Assembly: GCF_002105155.1 (NCBI RefSeq)
Contig: NW_019028979.1
Coordinates: 1,178,001 to 1,242,000, forward strand
Length of the DNA: 64,000 nucleotides
DNA from: Lobosporangium transversale
Lineage: Eukaryota
Direction of reading: 5' to 3'
The notes beneath the pieces were generated by a model, which was not told the origin of the DNA, made no database searches, and saw only the letters and a list, made by a program, of their open reading frames with translations. Shown piece by piece: positions 25,637-37,799 of the stretch; position 1 is the first letter of the stretch; each line of letters opens with the position of its first letter. The position numbers and the translations under genes were made by a program.

Positions 25637-26510
25637 TTAGGCGCTAGACTTCAAACCAACAGCAACAGCAATGTTGTTGATGAGAGTAGCGGGTGCAAGG
25701 GTAGAGAGGAACCCTTGGGTTGTGGCCGCCTCCTGGACCTTAAGAGCCTCCTTCTCTTTTTTGGTCAATTCGAGACCAACGAGCTCATGGTCAAACTCTT
25801 GGAAGATGTCAATGTTTCTAATAAAGGCCTGGCAGGACTCCTGTACAATTTGCTTATGGGTCTCTTCATCGACTTCGACCTGGTTGAGACGGATACGGTA
25901 CTGTTCCTTGAACTCGTTCTTGTCCTCAATCTCATCAAAGTTATAGAAGGCAACACCCTTACCCTCGGGCAGGTCGTTGTACTTTTGGAGCTTCTTGGCC
26001 AAGATCTGTCCACCAGACAAATCACCAAGATAACGAACATAAGCATGAGCGATCAAGAGCTCAGGCTTGGTGGTGCTACAGCGGTTGATGGCATCAATGT
26101 AAGCCTGCTGAGCAGGGGAGATGGGAGTAAGCATGTCACGCCACTCAGGACCATTGAAGAATTCGAGATCCTCCTCTAGAGCTGCCTTGCGAGAAAGCTC
26201 CTTGGGGAAGTAGATGAGTTGGATATTGGCATTATCCTTATTATCATTAAGGGCCTTCTCAAGAGCACTGGAACATAATTATGAAATAACTTTAATCAAT
26301 AAAAGGTGTTTTTCGCGTTTTTACCATGATGATAAAATAGAATTGTTTCTTTTTTACTCACGTGTAGACATGGTACAGAGAGATGAGGAAGCGACCATAG
26401 ATAGCAGGAGAAAGCTCACCCTTGAAAAAGTACTTGATGAACTTGGAGCGCTCAGCTTCAGCATGGACAGTCTTGGTACCCTCTTTGAGATCAACAGCGA
26501 GAAGAGCCAT
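25637..26510 (-). CDS. HMX1: Heme oxygenase
   Basis: LKEGTKTVHAEAE (proximal His), IYFPKELSRKAALEEDLEFF, LIAHAYVRYLGDLSGGQIL; one intron at about 26270-26361. Confidence 0.96.
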
Positions 26511-29109
26511 CTTGTATGTAGTTGCTACTAGAATGATATAAAAAAAAAAAGTGTAAGTTTTTGAGTTTGCATGAGCTGTGAAATGCAACCTCATTCGTCA
26601 GGAATGACAAGAGCTAGCACCTACGGTGGTGGTGTATATGTTGAGGTGGAGGTGGGAGAAGATATTAAGGCAAAGGATGGGGGGGGGATGTGTGTTATGA
26701 GTAAAGTAAGAAAAAAAATAAAAAATAAAAAAAAAATAAAAAAAAGCTGGAGTGAGGAGGTCTTTATATATTATTTCAGAAGCAGCCAAAAGGTATGTAC
26801 TTCTGAAAAGAAGCCATGGTAATTGTTGTGGTGGCGGACGTGAGCAAGAGTAAGAGAGCCTGGGCTAACTGACAAATGGCGTCTTTTTTTTTTTTTTTTT
26901 TTTTTTTTTGATTTTGAGTTTGTGTTTGTATTCAATCCAATTCAGTCCATCTTGTCAAACTATCGAATCTGATAACAAAATCTTTTATGGCCCTCCGTCT
27001 ATCCCCGCAAACTCACATTCTGAATTCCTTTCTCCTACTCAGTCTTCGCCCTCTTGTCCTCTGAAACTTACTCACGGCACACCCAAAAAGAATAAAAAAA
27101 AAATACGACGCGGTCTTGTCTCATTCCAGTCAGGTTGACAGTAATGAGTTATACATCATGCCTCTCTTCAAGACTCTCTCGTTTCTTCATGACCAAACAA
27201 AGGTTCTGAATATATTTAATGTTGAGCTCAACATATTGACAATTAGTCATGCGTTGCTTGTTTATGGCTGACTGAGTTAGTCTTGATAGAAAATTGGAAA
27301 GAAACAAAGACGATGGCGACAGTCATGCATGGAGCTCCAAAAAAAAAAAAAAAATAAATAAAAATGGACACTAAATTATATATATTTGGTCAAGAGAATG
27401 CAAAAAAATCTCCGATTGGCTGATTTTCCACGTACACAGAGACTTCTTGTCACGTATTACTCTAGTTAAACGCGCGCCTTCCCTATTATTCATACTTGTC
27501 CTCTTGATTCAATTACTATTAATACCAAAGAAAAAGAATAAATGTAAAAGAAAAAACTGTTCATTCTCATTCTTCATCGATAAACATATATGCAAAAAAA
27601 AAAAGTATGGCGCCAATGTTATGCCTGACTCTGGACCCAGGAAGGAGAAGGACCCGAATCGTTGTTTTGCCACGTAAACGCATGTTCATCTGTTCGACAA
27701 AAGGAATACCGAAGAAACATTGATGTGTACAAGCCGTGCTAGTGCACTTCTGTACTGCCATAGTTGGTATGCTTTTTCGTCTAGCAATCCTAGGCACTGA
27801 GGGCTTTTTTTTTTTGCTTTTTTACACAACATTAATGTACATTTCCTTCTCACATTGCATGTCCCTCAGGTGAAACAGACAAAGAGTGAATGGAACGACT
27901 AGTGTATTCCAATTAGAAGACCAAGGCTATTTTTACGGTCTTTCAGTGCTTGATGGCCAGGACACAACCTCCAATACGAATAAATTTGGGCGCTGCCTTC
28001 CTTTATGCACGTGACCCAATCTGTAGGAAATGCGAAAACAAAAAAAAATATTCATTTTTCGTCCAGCTGTGTGGTCTTTGCAAAAAAAATTGACGATGCA
28101 CGTGCAGGTCACCCCGTGGGAAGAAAAAGGCAACTGTGCCTATTCTAAGACAATAGAAATGAAGCTGCCTGTTCATTACGCGACCCATACATAATAGCTT
28201 GAGACTATTTGCTTCTTGATGTAATTACTTAGTTAGCTTCACACACATTGTCATCAAAAATTATCTCGGCTAACCGCTTACTGCCATAACAGGATACTCC
28301 TTCACCCAATATTTTACAATGTCTTTAACCGAATCTTGAAAAAGATCTGGATTCGTTCTTCTAATTTCCCTTGCATAGTATTTAACGGTTTTTATTTACA
28401 CTCAAGCTGATACCACGAACAAGGTGCAATGCATTACAAATTGATTACATTCATATCCAGTCTGCTTAAAAAAGTTTTTATTGCCAAGAGATGAAATGAA
28501 CAAAAGCAATGTAGGTATTGGGGGTATGAAGCCAAGCTGACACTTTAAAGAGAGAGAAGTGTTATCAGCTCTGATGACAAGTTGAAACGATTTATGACAG
28601 AAAATAAATATGAGCACAAATGAGAATTAAATATTTCTTTGGGGAAGGGGCAGGAAGGGTCTATGTCTTGGCATACACATGGAGACATTCTCCACATGTG
28701 TATGTAAAGTAAGGGCCAGCAGGAGTCCATTAGCCAAGGGTTGCGCATGATCGTCAGAAAGGTTCCTCTGGAAACAAGCCACGGTGCGAGTCTAACATTT
28801 ATAAAGAACATCGGTTTCATATTATATCATCAAAACCTTTTCTCTTTAACCTAGGGTAGCCGATTAACTCTACCCCAAAGCCTTTTGCTCTTTCAACCTT
28901 TTTTTTCCCCCTCTTCTATTGCTCTTCTCTTTCCCGCAAAGTATACAAATATATTCATGCATCACTTCTACTAGAGATCAACTTTACTTGCGAACCAAGG
29001 AAAAGGAATACCCCCCTTTTTTTCTTTTTTCTTTTCTCTTCTATTCAGTTCCTGAATTCTATCCTATTACCATCCAAAACTCACCAGAAATATACTATAA
29101 GTAGCAACT

Positions 29110-31777
29110 ATGGATGATGCCTGGGAGAACTTTCTCGAGGCCATTGCCGGACTCTTGTCTAAGGCATTGACAGATAAGGAAACAGAGAAGGTCATCGCCG
29201 GATTTAACAATTTTCAGCAGCGGTTGCAAAGACTAAGCAGGTATATGTCAACGCTTTTAAAATTTGAGAACAAAACAAAAAAGAGGCGGACTCGAGCAGA
29301 ATCAATATTAAAAAAAAAGGCAGCATTTACATCTGTCATCTAATGGACAATAAACTCATTTCATCTTGCAACATTCATTCATCTCAATTAGTCATAATCT
29401 CCGAAGGCTCCATCTGGAGATTACAGAGAACGAAAAGCAAATCAATAAATGCAAACATGAGGGCAAGACATGTACCCAGAATGTTACAAGAGGCTTCTTC
29501 AAGACCTGGGCCATTGGCTATGTGGCCAAGTACCTGATTGCAGTCTTGCCTGCACTCTTGACAGGCAAAGCTTTTAAGAAGTAAGTGTTTCTCTTATCTA
29601 TCTTTCAATAGTTACATTGGGCGAAAATTGGGGGGAAACACGGAATGGTTTCACAGTTCACCATTCCTTCCGATTCTGATGCAGCTGGATGCTGTGGGTA
29701 CCAGAGCGGGTAAATGGTCATTGTTTTTGACTATTGTGAGACCAATGTGTCACTTGCACCAATCGGCAAGGTCTAATTTGATATAACCAATAAGACGGAC
29801 TATGGGGAATAGTTGGTGGCAAACTGTTACCAATGATATCAGAGACAGCGGGACAACTCTTCCATCTGGACTAAGGGGAGCTATCAACAATTCAGACGAA
29901 TATCTGGACACTGTACGTGTGGGTCAATCTCAAAGGACACGTGTTGAAGATGGAATCGGATCGGATGGCATTTCTATTGCCGGTACGCACTGGGAGTGAT
30001 GTGAATAGAGATCAAGTCTATCCATTTCTAGATGAATTACCGAAAACAATTTTTACCTTTTTTTACTCCGTATTCTGTTTGTCTCATTCACATGCAAAGC
30101 AGATTTTCATTCTTAGTTCCTGACATATGCTCATCACATCTTTTGTAGTCATCGCTGTGATGCTGTCGACGCGTTCGCACCCGCCACTCTTTTATTTTTA
30201 TTTTTTTTCTCACGTTTTCTGATGACTATCGTACGCCTTTGCATCTAACCTATATCGAAACATTCATTAAATCGATGTTAGTCCGAATATCCTCAAGAAA
30301 AGTGGCGGAAGTGACACTATACGCTTTGCATTCTTCCTCTCATCATTCATATCAACCTATAAGGGTGTGCTCTGCACTATGCGCCAATTCAGGCCTGATC
30401 ACGAAGGAGATCGACTCAATGCATTTGTGGCAGGGTCCGTCGCAGGACTGACATTGACATTGGACAAGAACAAGAGCCGCAGGACTGCGCTTACTTTATA
30501 TATTTTCACAAGATCGATCCAATTTGGATCAAGCTATGCCATGAAAAAGTGGGCAGAATACCGTGACGCCAAACGATCTCGAAATCGTCTTGCTCTTAGA
30601 GATGCGGTAGAGCGATCGGGAGAGAAGCAGGAGTTGATCACTAGAAACGGGTGGGATGATATCCTTGCAAAAGTTATGACTGTTTCTGCTGCAACGATTC
30701 TGATGTCGTTGACAGCTTCTGTGAACTTGTATTCGTGTGTGATCGAGCCCGAGGCGCTCCCACGGTCGTACTGGAACTTTTTAATGCAACATTCTGGATT
30801 GCCACAGAAGTTTGGACCTATGTTCCCACCACTTATGGAGACTTTCAAGGCGCAATACAATATTCTCAAAGAGTTGCCTGGCGGAATGGAGAACGTAGGA
30901 ATTCCAAAAGGCATATCATCTAGGGATTTCGTGGCAGAGAACATGTCTCCAAACATTGCAACCTTGATCCCGGCTCATCTGCATCACGATTTCCAGCTCT
31001 GCGCTCTATTGCATCCGCTAACGCCGTGTTCCGCACATGCCTTAGACGTGATCACGGGCGAATTCGGACGAGCCCTCAAGATGTATGGAACACTCAATTT
31101 TGTAAGTTCATAATTATAGGCAAAAATTAGCTGTCTATTCAAATGCAGTTCCATCTTGGTCTAGATTATTGTTTATGTTGCAACATCAAAGATGTTCACG
31201 CTTTGCTCTTTTATTTTTTTATCGTAATAGATCGTAACCCTTGTCTTCCAGCATAAGAAGCTGGCCACTCAACCTAAGGAAGTTGCTCACCGCTATGTCA
31301 AGTCAACCCTGCGATCTTGCTTATTCTTAACTACCTATGTCTTGGCCGCCTTTTACGTCCCATGCCTTATGCGCAAGATTTTCAAGAAGGAGTTTCTTGG
31401 CACGTAAGTTGCCTTGGTGTTTTATTACACGTGTGTATTTTGCTACTAGTTGTACTCGTGTCATCTCATGTACAGTGCATACTTGCTATTGTTCATCCCC
31501 TGTTAGTTACCTCGTCAATGGTCTTATTGCAGGATTGGCTGTCTTGATAGAGGCCCCTGGTCGTCAGATGGAATTAGCACTTTACTGTTTGCCTCGTGCT
31601 CTTGAAACCGCCTGGAATTTATTGTTGAAACGTGGTCTTGTACGCAACATCTCTCATGGTGATATTGCATTGTTCAGTGCCTCCATGGGTGTTATGATGA
31701 GCCTGTATCAGAACGACCCAAGTGTGATCAACAAGCACTATCTTACAGTCCTGACTCGCGTGTTTGGACGTAATTAG
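29110..31777 (+). CDS. TMEM135/Pxmp4-like multi-pass membrane protein
   Basis: YKGVLCTMRQFR, LNAFVAGSVAG, CALLHP, LIEAPGRQMELALYCLPRALET, GDIALFSASMGVMMSLYQ; 5 exons, including a roughly 700-bp second intron. Confidence 0.85.
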
Positions 31778-32084
31778 AGAAGAGTAGTGGAGATAGAGAG
31801 TAATAGAGGCTTCTATAGACCTTTAACCCATAGTTGGATTGTCTTTACATGAAAAGGAGACTCCCAATGAAACAATCGCAGGACAAACCACTCGTTTCGA
31901 ACATTACAAAGGACGAGAGTCTTTTTTTTTTTTAGATCAGCATGACAAAGCCACAAAGCGATCCCGTGCTTGGGACATCATTGCTTTTTAGTGTAATAAA
32001 AAAAAGTTCCATGTACATTATCATCAAGTAGTACCATCAAACCTGCGGAAGCATTCAACAGAATCGCCTTGAAAGCTAGAAGCC

Positions 32085-32984
32085 ATGTCGACCACCACTA
32101 CACAGCCCTGGAAGTTTGATTTTACATCCGTCGATGCTTCATAGTATGAAACCCTGGAAATTCCCAGTTTGTTATTCTCCGTCTTATTTTTATTCAAGAT
32201 GAGATGAGAATGTCAGGAATGGGCATATTCTCAGTCATCATCAATCTTGTTTAACCTCGGTCGGTCATGCTCTAACATCAGGAGTTTTGCCGCGGTTTTA
32301 CTTATTAAAAAAAAAAAAAAAAAATTAGTACCAAGACCAGCATTGCAGACCCACCAGGATATATTGGCTCAAAAGATGTTGCGTCGCGTGGACACGTATG
32401 TGATCTTTATTCTTGCTTTTATTCCAAATTATGATCCAAATCGACAAACAAAAATCACTCATTTGTTTGAATTTACCTTTGTCGAAAAAAAAAAATAGAA
32501 AGCAGCAAAGAGGAGCGAAATGGATCAAGAACTGTTGAAAGTCAAGGTAAACGAATAATTGATTGTCACAGAGCTGTTAATCTCACAGGATTAGATTAAT
32601 TCAATGCACTGCCTCTATCTTAAAATTTTGGCAACGGATTTTATTTTTTTCTTCTTTCTTCTAAATTATCACTTCATTGTTTCCTATAGAAAGCATGGGA
32701 TGTCGCATTGGCTCCAGGCAAGAGGTACACATGTAGTTGTAATGTGGCAGTGGAAGAGCATTAGGTTTTTCTATCCTTCGACTTTTTATGACTAATGCTG
32801 ATAATAAACTTTTTCTTCTTTTTCCCTACAATGCCTCAGCCTTCCTATGCAGGCATTCATGCTTTGGATGTCTGGTAATAGTGTTCAGATCTTTTCTGTT
32901 GCTATCACGGCTATGTTGATGTTCTCACCTATTAGAGCACTTATGAGCATGTCGCAAGGTTAGTTGAACTATAAGCCAGGAAGG

Positions 32985-33018
<34 letters not shown>

Positions 33019-33302
33019 GCCATGTTAAAATTGTTCAAGTTAAAGGGTGGATTAACTAATCGAAATATATTGTTTTTCTTGTTACTACTTTAGTTTTTGA
33101 GAGATATGAAACTGTTTCACCAGTCAAGGTTAGCTTCATGGACAGTAAATTGGCGTTTCCGAAAATGACATTTGTGGCAATGCAGATCCTCACTATCTTA
33201 TTGGGAATGTGGAAGTTGAACTCTATGGGACTTTTGCCTACATCTCATTCGGATTGGTTAGCCTTTTTGGATCCTAAGACGCCACTTGAGTATACAGCAT
33301 AG
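32085..33302 (+). CDS. EMC4: ER membrane protein complex subunit 4
   Basis: Six short exons not captured by the ORF track; spliced DPPGY, LKVK|KAWDVALAPGKSLPMQAFMLWMSGNSVQIFS, WKLNSMGLLPTSHSDWLAF. Confidence 0.92.
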
Positions 33303-33776
33303 TCCTAAAATAAAAATAAAAATAAAAACAAAGACCTTTCGTTTCTCCGTTCTAGACTATCGAATGCTCGTGTACGATTATAAATAATGAAGGAGCGCGT
33401 AAACAAATTCCTCTTCGCGATGTATGTATCTCTACGCGAGTTTACATTTTAACGATTATCTATGAATGAGATCCAGGTACTGCTTATAAATAGCTAATGA
33501 CGTTATCCCAGATTGAAATCATGGAAAGAAGCAAAGACTGCGGGTAAAAAGAAATCCCTAAGTTAGACAACTCCATTGATCTTCTCTGCCAAGAAGGAAG
33601 CATGGTTTTTACATAAAATAAAGTTTTTTTTCTGAGGAGAGGCTGAGAAAAAATTTTTGACAACATGAGGCGCGGCGCCAAGCCATGATGCGATTACGAC
33701 TTTTACGAAGCACAGACCTGAGTATGCATGAGCTTATTCCAAAGAAGAAAGGGATTCATAGCGAAGTGCGTTTGAG

Positions 33777-33784
33777 TATAAAAG
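33777..33784 (+). promoter_or_regulatory. TATA box (TATAAAAG)
   Basis: Consensus TATAWAWR about 145 bp upstream of ATG 33924. Confidence 0.5.
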
Positions 33785-33923
33785 GAGCTCCCTTCCCATC
33801 CTTCTTTCATTATCAACTCATCATCTCAACAATACAAATTTTAACAACAACAACAACAACAACAAGAACTTGGCTACTAACTTAACAACAACAGTAATAG
33901 CAATAACAACAACAAGTACTAAA

Positions 33924-34742
33924 ATGTCTTCTTCTCAGTTCATTGCTTTCTTTGGTGCCACAGGCGGTTGCACAAACGCTTGTCTCGTTCATACCTTGAA
34001 TGCAGGCTTCCACGCCACAGCACTGGCTCGCACACCCTCTAAATTGATCGATATGCTTCACGGTCAAGGTATCAGCCAGGCAACCATTGATGCGCAGCTG
34101 ACTATCATCAAGGGCGATATCTCCGATATTGCCGCTATCAAGAGCGTCCTACTTTCTAATAAGGACAACAGCAACCCCGTCCTTGCTTCACAAATCATCT
34201 CCGGCATCGGCGGAACCCCTCAATTGCAAAGATCCCTCAAGAAGCCTGTAACCATTGATAATCCTGAAATCTGTGCCACCGCCACCAAGAACGTCATACA
34301 GGTTCTTCAGCAAATCTATACTGAATTCCCAACCACGATATCGCAACAGCAAAAGCCTGTGATTACTGTCATTTCAACTACAGGGGTCTCAGATGTAAAG
34401 GAAGATGTACCCTTTGGTTTCCAGTTCCTTTATCATGTTCTTTTGGCGGATCCACATAAGGACAAGAAGGTGATGGAAAAGCTCATTACTGAAAACACCC
34501 AAGAATCCGATGCCTCAAAGCGAGTCTTCCGAGGAGCGATCATTGTGCGGCCAAGTCTCCTGACGGGTGACCACAGTGTCAAGGGAGGCAAAGGGTGGAA
34601 AAAGCTGAAGACGGGCCAGGAAGAGAAGCCTGCAGTCGGCTATACGGTCCACAGAGCCGATGTTGGGCAGTGGATATTTGAACAAGTCGTCAAGACTGGA
34701 GGCGAGAGCTACCTGGGACAGAGGATCACTCTTACAAATTGA
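33924..34742 (+). CDS. NAD(P)H-binding Rossmann-fold oxidoreductase (atypical SDR, flavin reductase/BLVRB-like), intronless
   Basis: IAFFGATGG, TALARTPSKL, IIKGD, ISTTG, DKKVME, IIVRPSLLT, GYTVHRADVG. Confidence 0.85.
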   Translation: MSSSQFIAFFGATGGCTNACLVHTLNAGFHATALARTPSKLIDMLHGQGISQATIDAQLTIIKGDISDIAAIKSVLLSNKDNSNPVLASQIISGIGGTPQLQRSLKKPVTIDNPEICATATKNVIQVLQQIYTEFPTTISQQQKPVITVISTTGVSDVKEDVPFGFQFLYHVLLADPHKDKKVMEKLITENTQESDASKRVFRGAIIVRPSLLTGDHSVKGGKGWKKLKTGQEEKPAVGYTVHRADVGQWIFEQVVKTGGESYLGQRITLTN

Positions 34743-37063
34743 TAAAAGAACTCGCTGGGTGCATAATCACGCTTTAATCATTTCTCTATCTCTGTAACAA
34801 TATTATGTCAATAACTGCCTTAAAAATAAATTTCATAAACTATAAATTTGACTTTTAAGCTTTTTATCGCTCGCACTCATCTGTCAAGTCCATCTCTACT
34901 AACTCAAATGACCATTCCCCTCTTCCCGCTGAGGGAGTTTGAGTAGCCTTCCGTTCTCCCTTAAAAACAGAGAATTACCGGATATTATGATCAATCACTA
35001 TGAATGTATACATTCAACGGCTTCGCCTATCTTATCCATCAAGGGACACCAGCTATTAGGAAGACAAAGATAGGAAGGACCTATAACAGAGTAGACTATG
35101 GAAGGATAAATTGGCTGTTGAAGGAATGGTGATTGTTCTGTATAGGCGGAGCTCACAACTAGCCCATATAGGACGCATCTGATTGGCAGGAGCATTGAAC
35201 AGAAGGTTGTACATGAATTCATTGTTTAATAAAACATTACAGGACATGATCGCAATTACACCGGGGAACAGCCTTGATGTAGAAAACATTGCCAAATTGA
35301 AGACATTAGCTATATAATGATGAGGCATGGCATTTCATTACTAATCATGCTATGACGGCCATGTAGGATTGTGCGCGAGTCCATTTCTTCATCCATCATG
35401 TGTCAAAGAAAACTCTAGGAGGCTCTTGTCCAATCCATCCGAACAAGAGCATGATTTAAAGCGAGGTAGTAAATCACAGATGGAGTCATTGAAACAACAT
35501 TGGTAGCAAGGTTGACAAGGCGATGGAAAATGATGTAAAGAAAGATGGTGAGTGAACAACAGGAGGTACGGTAGGCACATTGGAAGATCCTCAACAGACG
35601 GCACCTTTCTATCGAAATCAAGTAGGACAGAAAAGAGATAGAGTCGAATGTAAAATTAAAGGCAAAGGTAAGGCTGGAGCTAATGAAAATTTTTAGACAA
35701 ACAAGTAGTAACTATGGAGCAGAAGTAAGTGAGAATAAGATCTGGGAACACACATCACATCCATGGGGTATTTATTCAAATTCATATCAAAGTATAACTA
35801 TAAGTTTGTCTACGGGTACCATAAAGAGAGTAACCATGGGGTGTGTTTTTATGATATACAACCGTTAGTATATATTATCTTGTGTATAAAATATATTATA
35901 TTTTTACATGGGATTTTATGTAACACGTGTACTGTGAAATATGCAACAGCTAATACAGGAACAAATGGTGGACTCTTTTCTAACACCCTAACGCCCTTTA
36001 GAGCTTGCTCGAAAAACAAAGTCCTGTGCTCATAGATCATAAATAAAGGACTAGGAACTCTTGGGTAAGCTACAAGGACGCATTCAGATGCAACATCTTT
36101 TTTCCGCCCATGCCATGTCTCTATGCTCTTCCAACCATAACAGCATTAATCGTACTCAAGTTGTATCATACAGCAGTACGTTATCCCCCTTCCCCTCGTT
36201 CTCGCTCCTGCCCTCGCCCTCGCCCTCTTGTGCTTCCTGGGAACATTCTATACATGTATTGAAGCCATCTTCAAGCCGATTAATTACAGTTTTGGTGTGC
36301 ACATGGTACTCAATATCGTTTTGACCAATAAGAAGCGAATGACATGAGATGAAATCATGTATAAACATGTATATGTATACATAGATACTAAAGAAGGTTT
36401 CTCCCCCAACGGATTGGATCAGTGTTTGTGTCTTGGCATAACATCCGTGAGTAAGTTTCATGGATAACGTGTTTTTATGATGCGTATACGCCCTATGATC
36501 AAAATGAACAGCACTGCTGAAAGGAGGAGTTTGAAGTTTGAACGTGCATTTGCCTAGATAGGTTATAAGCCCCATTTTCGTTGATTTGTATCCTTGAACA
36601 GAAACTACTGGAATTGAATGAATTCCTGGTTGTAGCTTCTGTCATTATGGGGTCACAAGCGGGTTGTAATGAAAAGAACAGTATTTTTTTTTTTTTTTTT
36701 TTTTAACAGCCCAACGAGCCAAAAAAAAAATGTGTTGGTACATGGGAAAATTGCAAGAGGGGGCGAGGGAAAGGGCGAGGGCGAGGGCATGGGGGTAGCC
36801 AAGTCTCGTGGGTAGATTAAGTCGCAGCGTCACACAAGAGAATGTTTGCGCTGATTACGAACTGTCTAGAAAACAATTTTTTTTAACAACGATAGACTTC
36901 AAAGTATAATTATTATACATGTACAGGTATACATGTTGGGCTTTTGTTATGCATTCGCCCAGGTCCATCGCTATGCTCTTGGGTGAAACGTTAAGTGGTA
37001 AATGAGAGTGGGAAAATAATAGAACACTTCACCAGCCTATTATCGATACCTGAGGGAGTCCCC

Positions 37064-37071
37064 TATAAATA
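37064..37071 (+). promoter_or_regulatory. TATA box (TATAAATA)
   Basis: About 145 bp upstream of ATG 37211, followed by a pyrimidine-rich tract. Confidence 0.55.
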
Positions 37072-37210
37072 TTCGCATCTTTACAGCTCCCTTTCCCCCC
37101 CTTTTTTTTTCAACCCCAAAAAACTTCTCTTCTCTTTCAGAACCCTCATTTTTTACCTCAAGTACTTGTACATTTTCCAAGGCAAAAAGTAACTAACCAG
37201 TGAATCAACC

Positions 37211-37537
37211 ATGCGTTTCTCGTTCGCCATCTTCGCCTTCGCTGCCGGCCTCGCCCTTGTCCAGGCTGCTCCCGCCCCCGCCTCCGCCTCCGAGCCCAAG
37301 GCCGCCAATTTGCAGCAGCGCGGTGACTGCAGCGGAGGAACGTTTAGTGGCGGTGAGCGAATCGTTTGCCAGTACTGCAATGTGATTAACACATCAAGCG
37401 GATCCACGTATATTAGCTATGAGGACCACAGGTGGATGGTAGATGACTGCAATCAGCGAAACACTGGCACCTGCGCTGATCATGGTGCCATGAGATACTG
37501 CACTAAGTACAAGCCCGGCCCTTGCAACAACTGTTAA
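37211..37537 (+). CDS. Small secreted cysteine-rich protein (108 aa; signal, propeptide, 71-aa 8-Cys mature domain)
   Basis: Signal MRFSFAIFAFAAGLALVQA, pro-region ending LQQR, 8 Cys, upstream TATA box. Confidence 0.88.
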   Translation: MRFSFAIFAFAAGLALVQAAPAPASASEPKAANLQQRGDCSGGTFSGGERIVCQYCNVINTSSGSTYISYEDHRWMVDDCNQRNTGTCADHGAMRYCTKYKPGPCNNC

Positions 37538-37799
37538 AAAAAAAGTCAGAAGGATGAAGAGAAATCAAAGGCCGTTAAAAAATGGAAGCACCAAGCCCCT
37601 AGTCGCCTTCTAATATCGACTTGTTTAAATCCTCCCCTTTACTCTTCTTAAATAAATGGGAGATAATAAACCTCTTGAACTGCCTTATACGTGTGAGACA
37701 TAATGGAAAGTGTTGAGATTTTTTTTTACGATTACTATAGTTAATGCATTCTGCTTAAACACATTGGTCGTTTTGAGTAGCCAATGCACTATGCTTTGT

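Noticed and set aside
25568..26179. 203-aa + strand ORF
   Set aside because: Antisense shadow of the codon-biased heme oxygenase gene.
29582..30280. ncRNA or nested gene in the long TMEM135-like intron
   Set aside because: Complex sequence, but no recognisable boxes, stems or credible ORF by eye.
25637..34742. Heme-degradation cluster (heme oxygenase plus BLVRB-like reductase)
   Set aside because: The genes are 7 kb apart with two unrelated genes between them, and the Rossmann family is too broad to assign a substrate.
34900..35650. Possible decayed gene or mobile-element relic
   Set aside because: Only short ORFs with no recognisable motif or terminal repeats; it needs a translated search.
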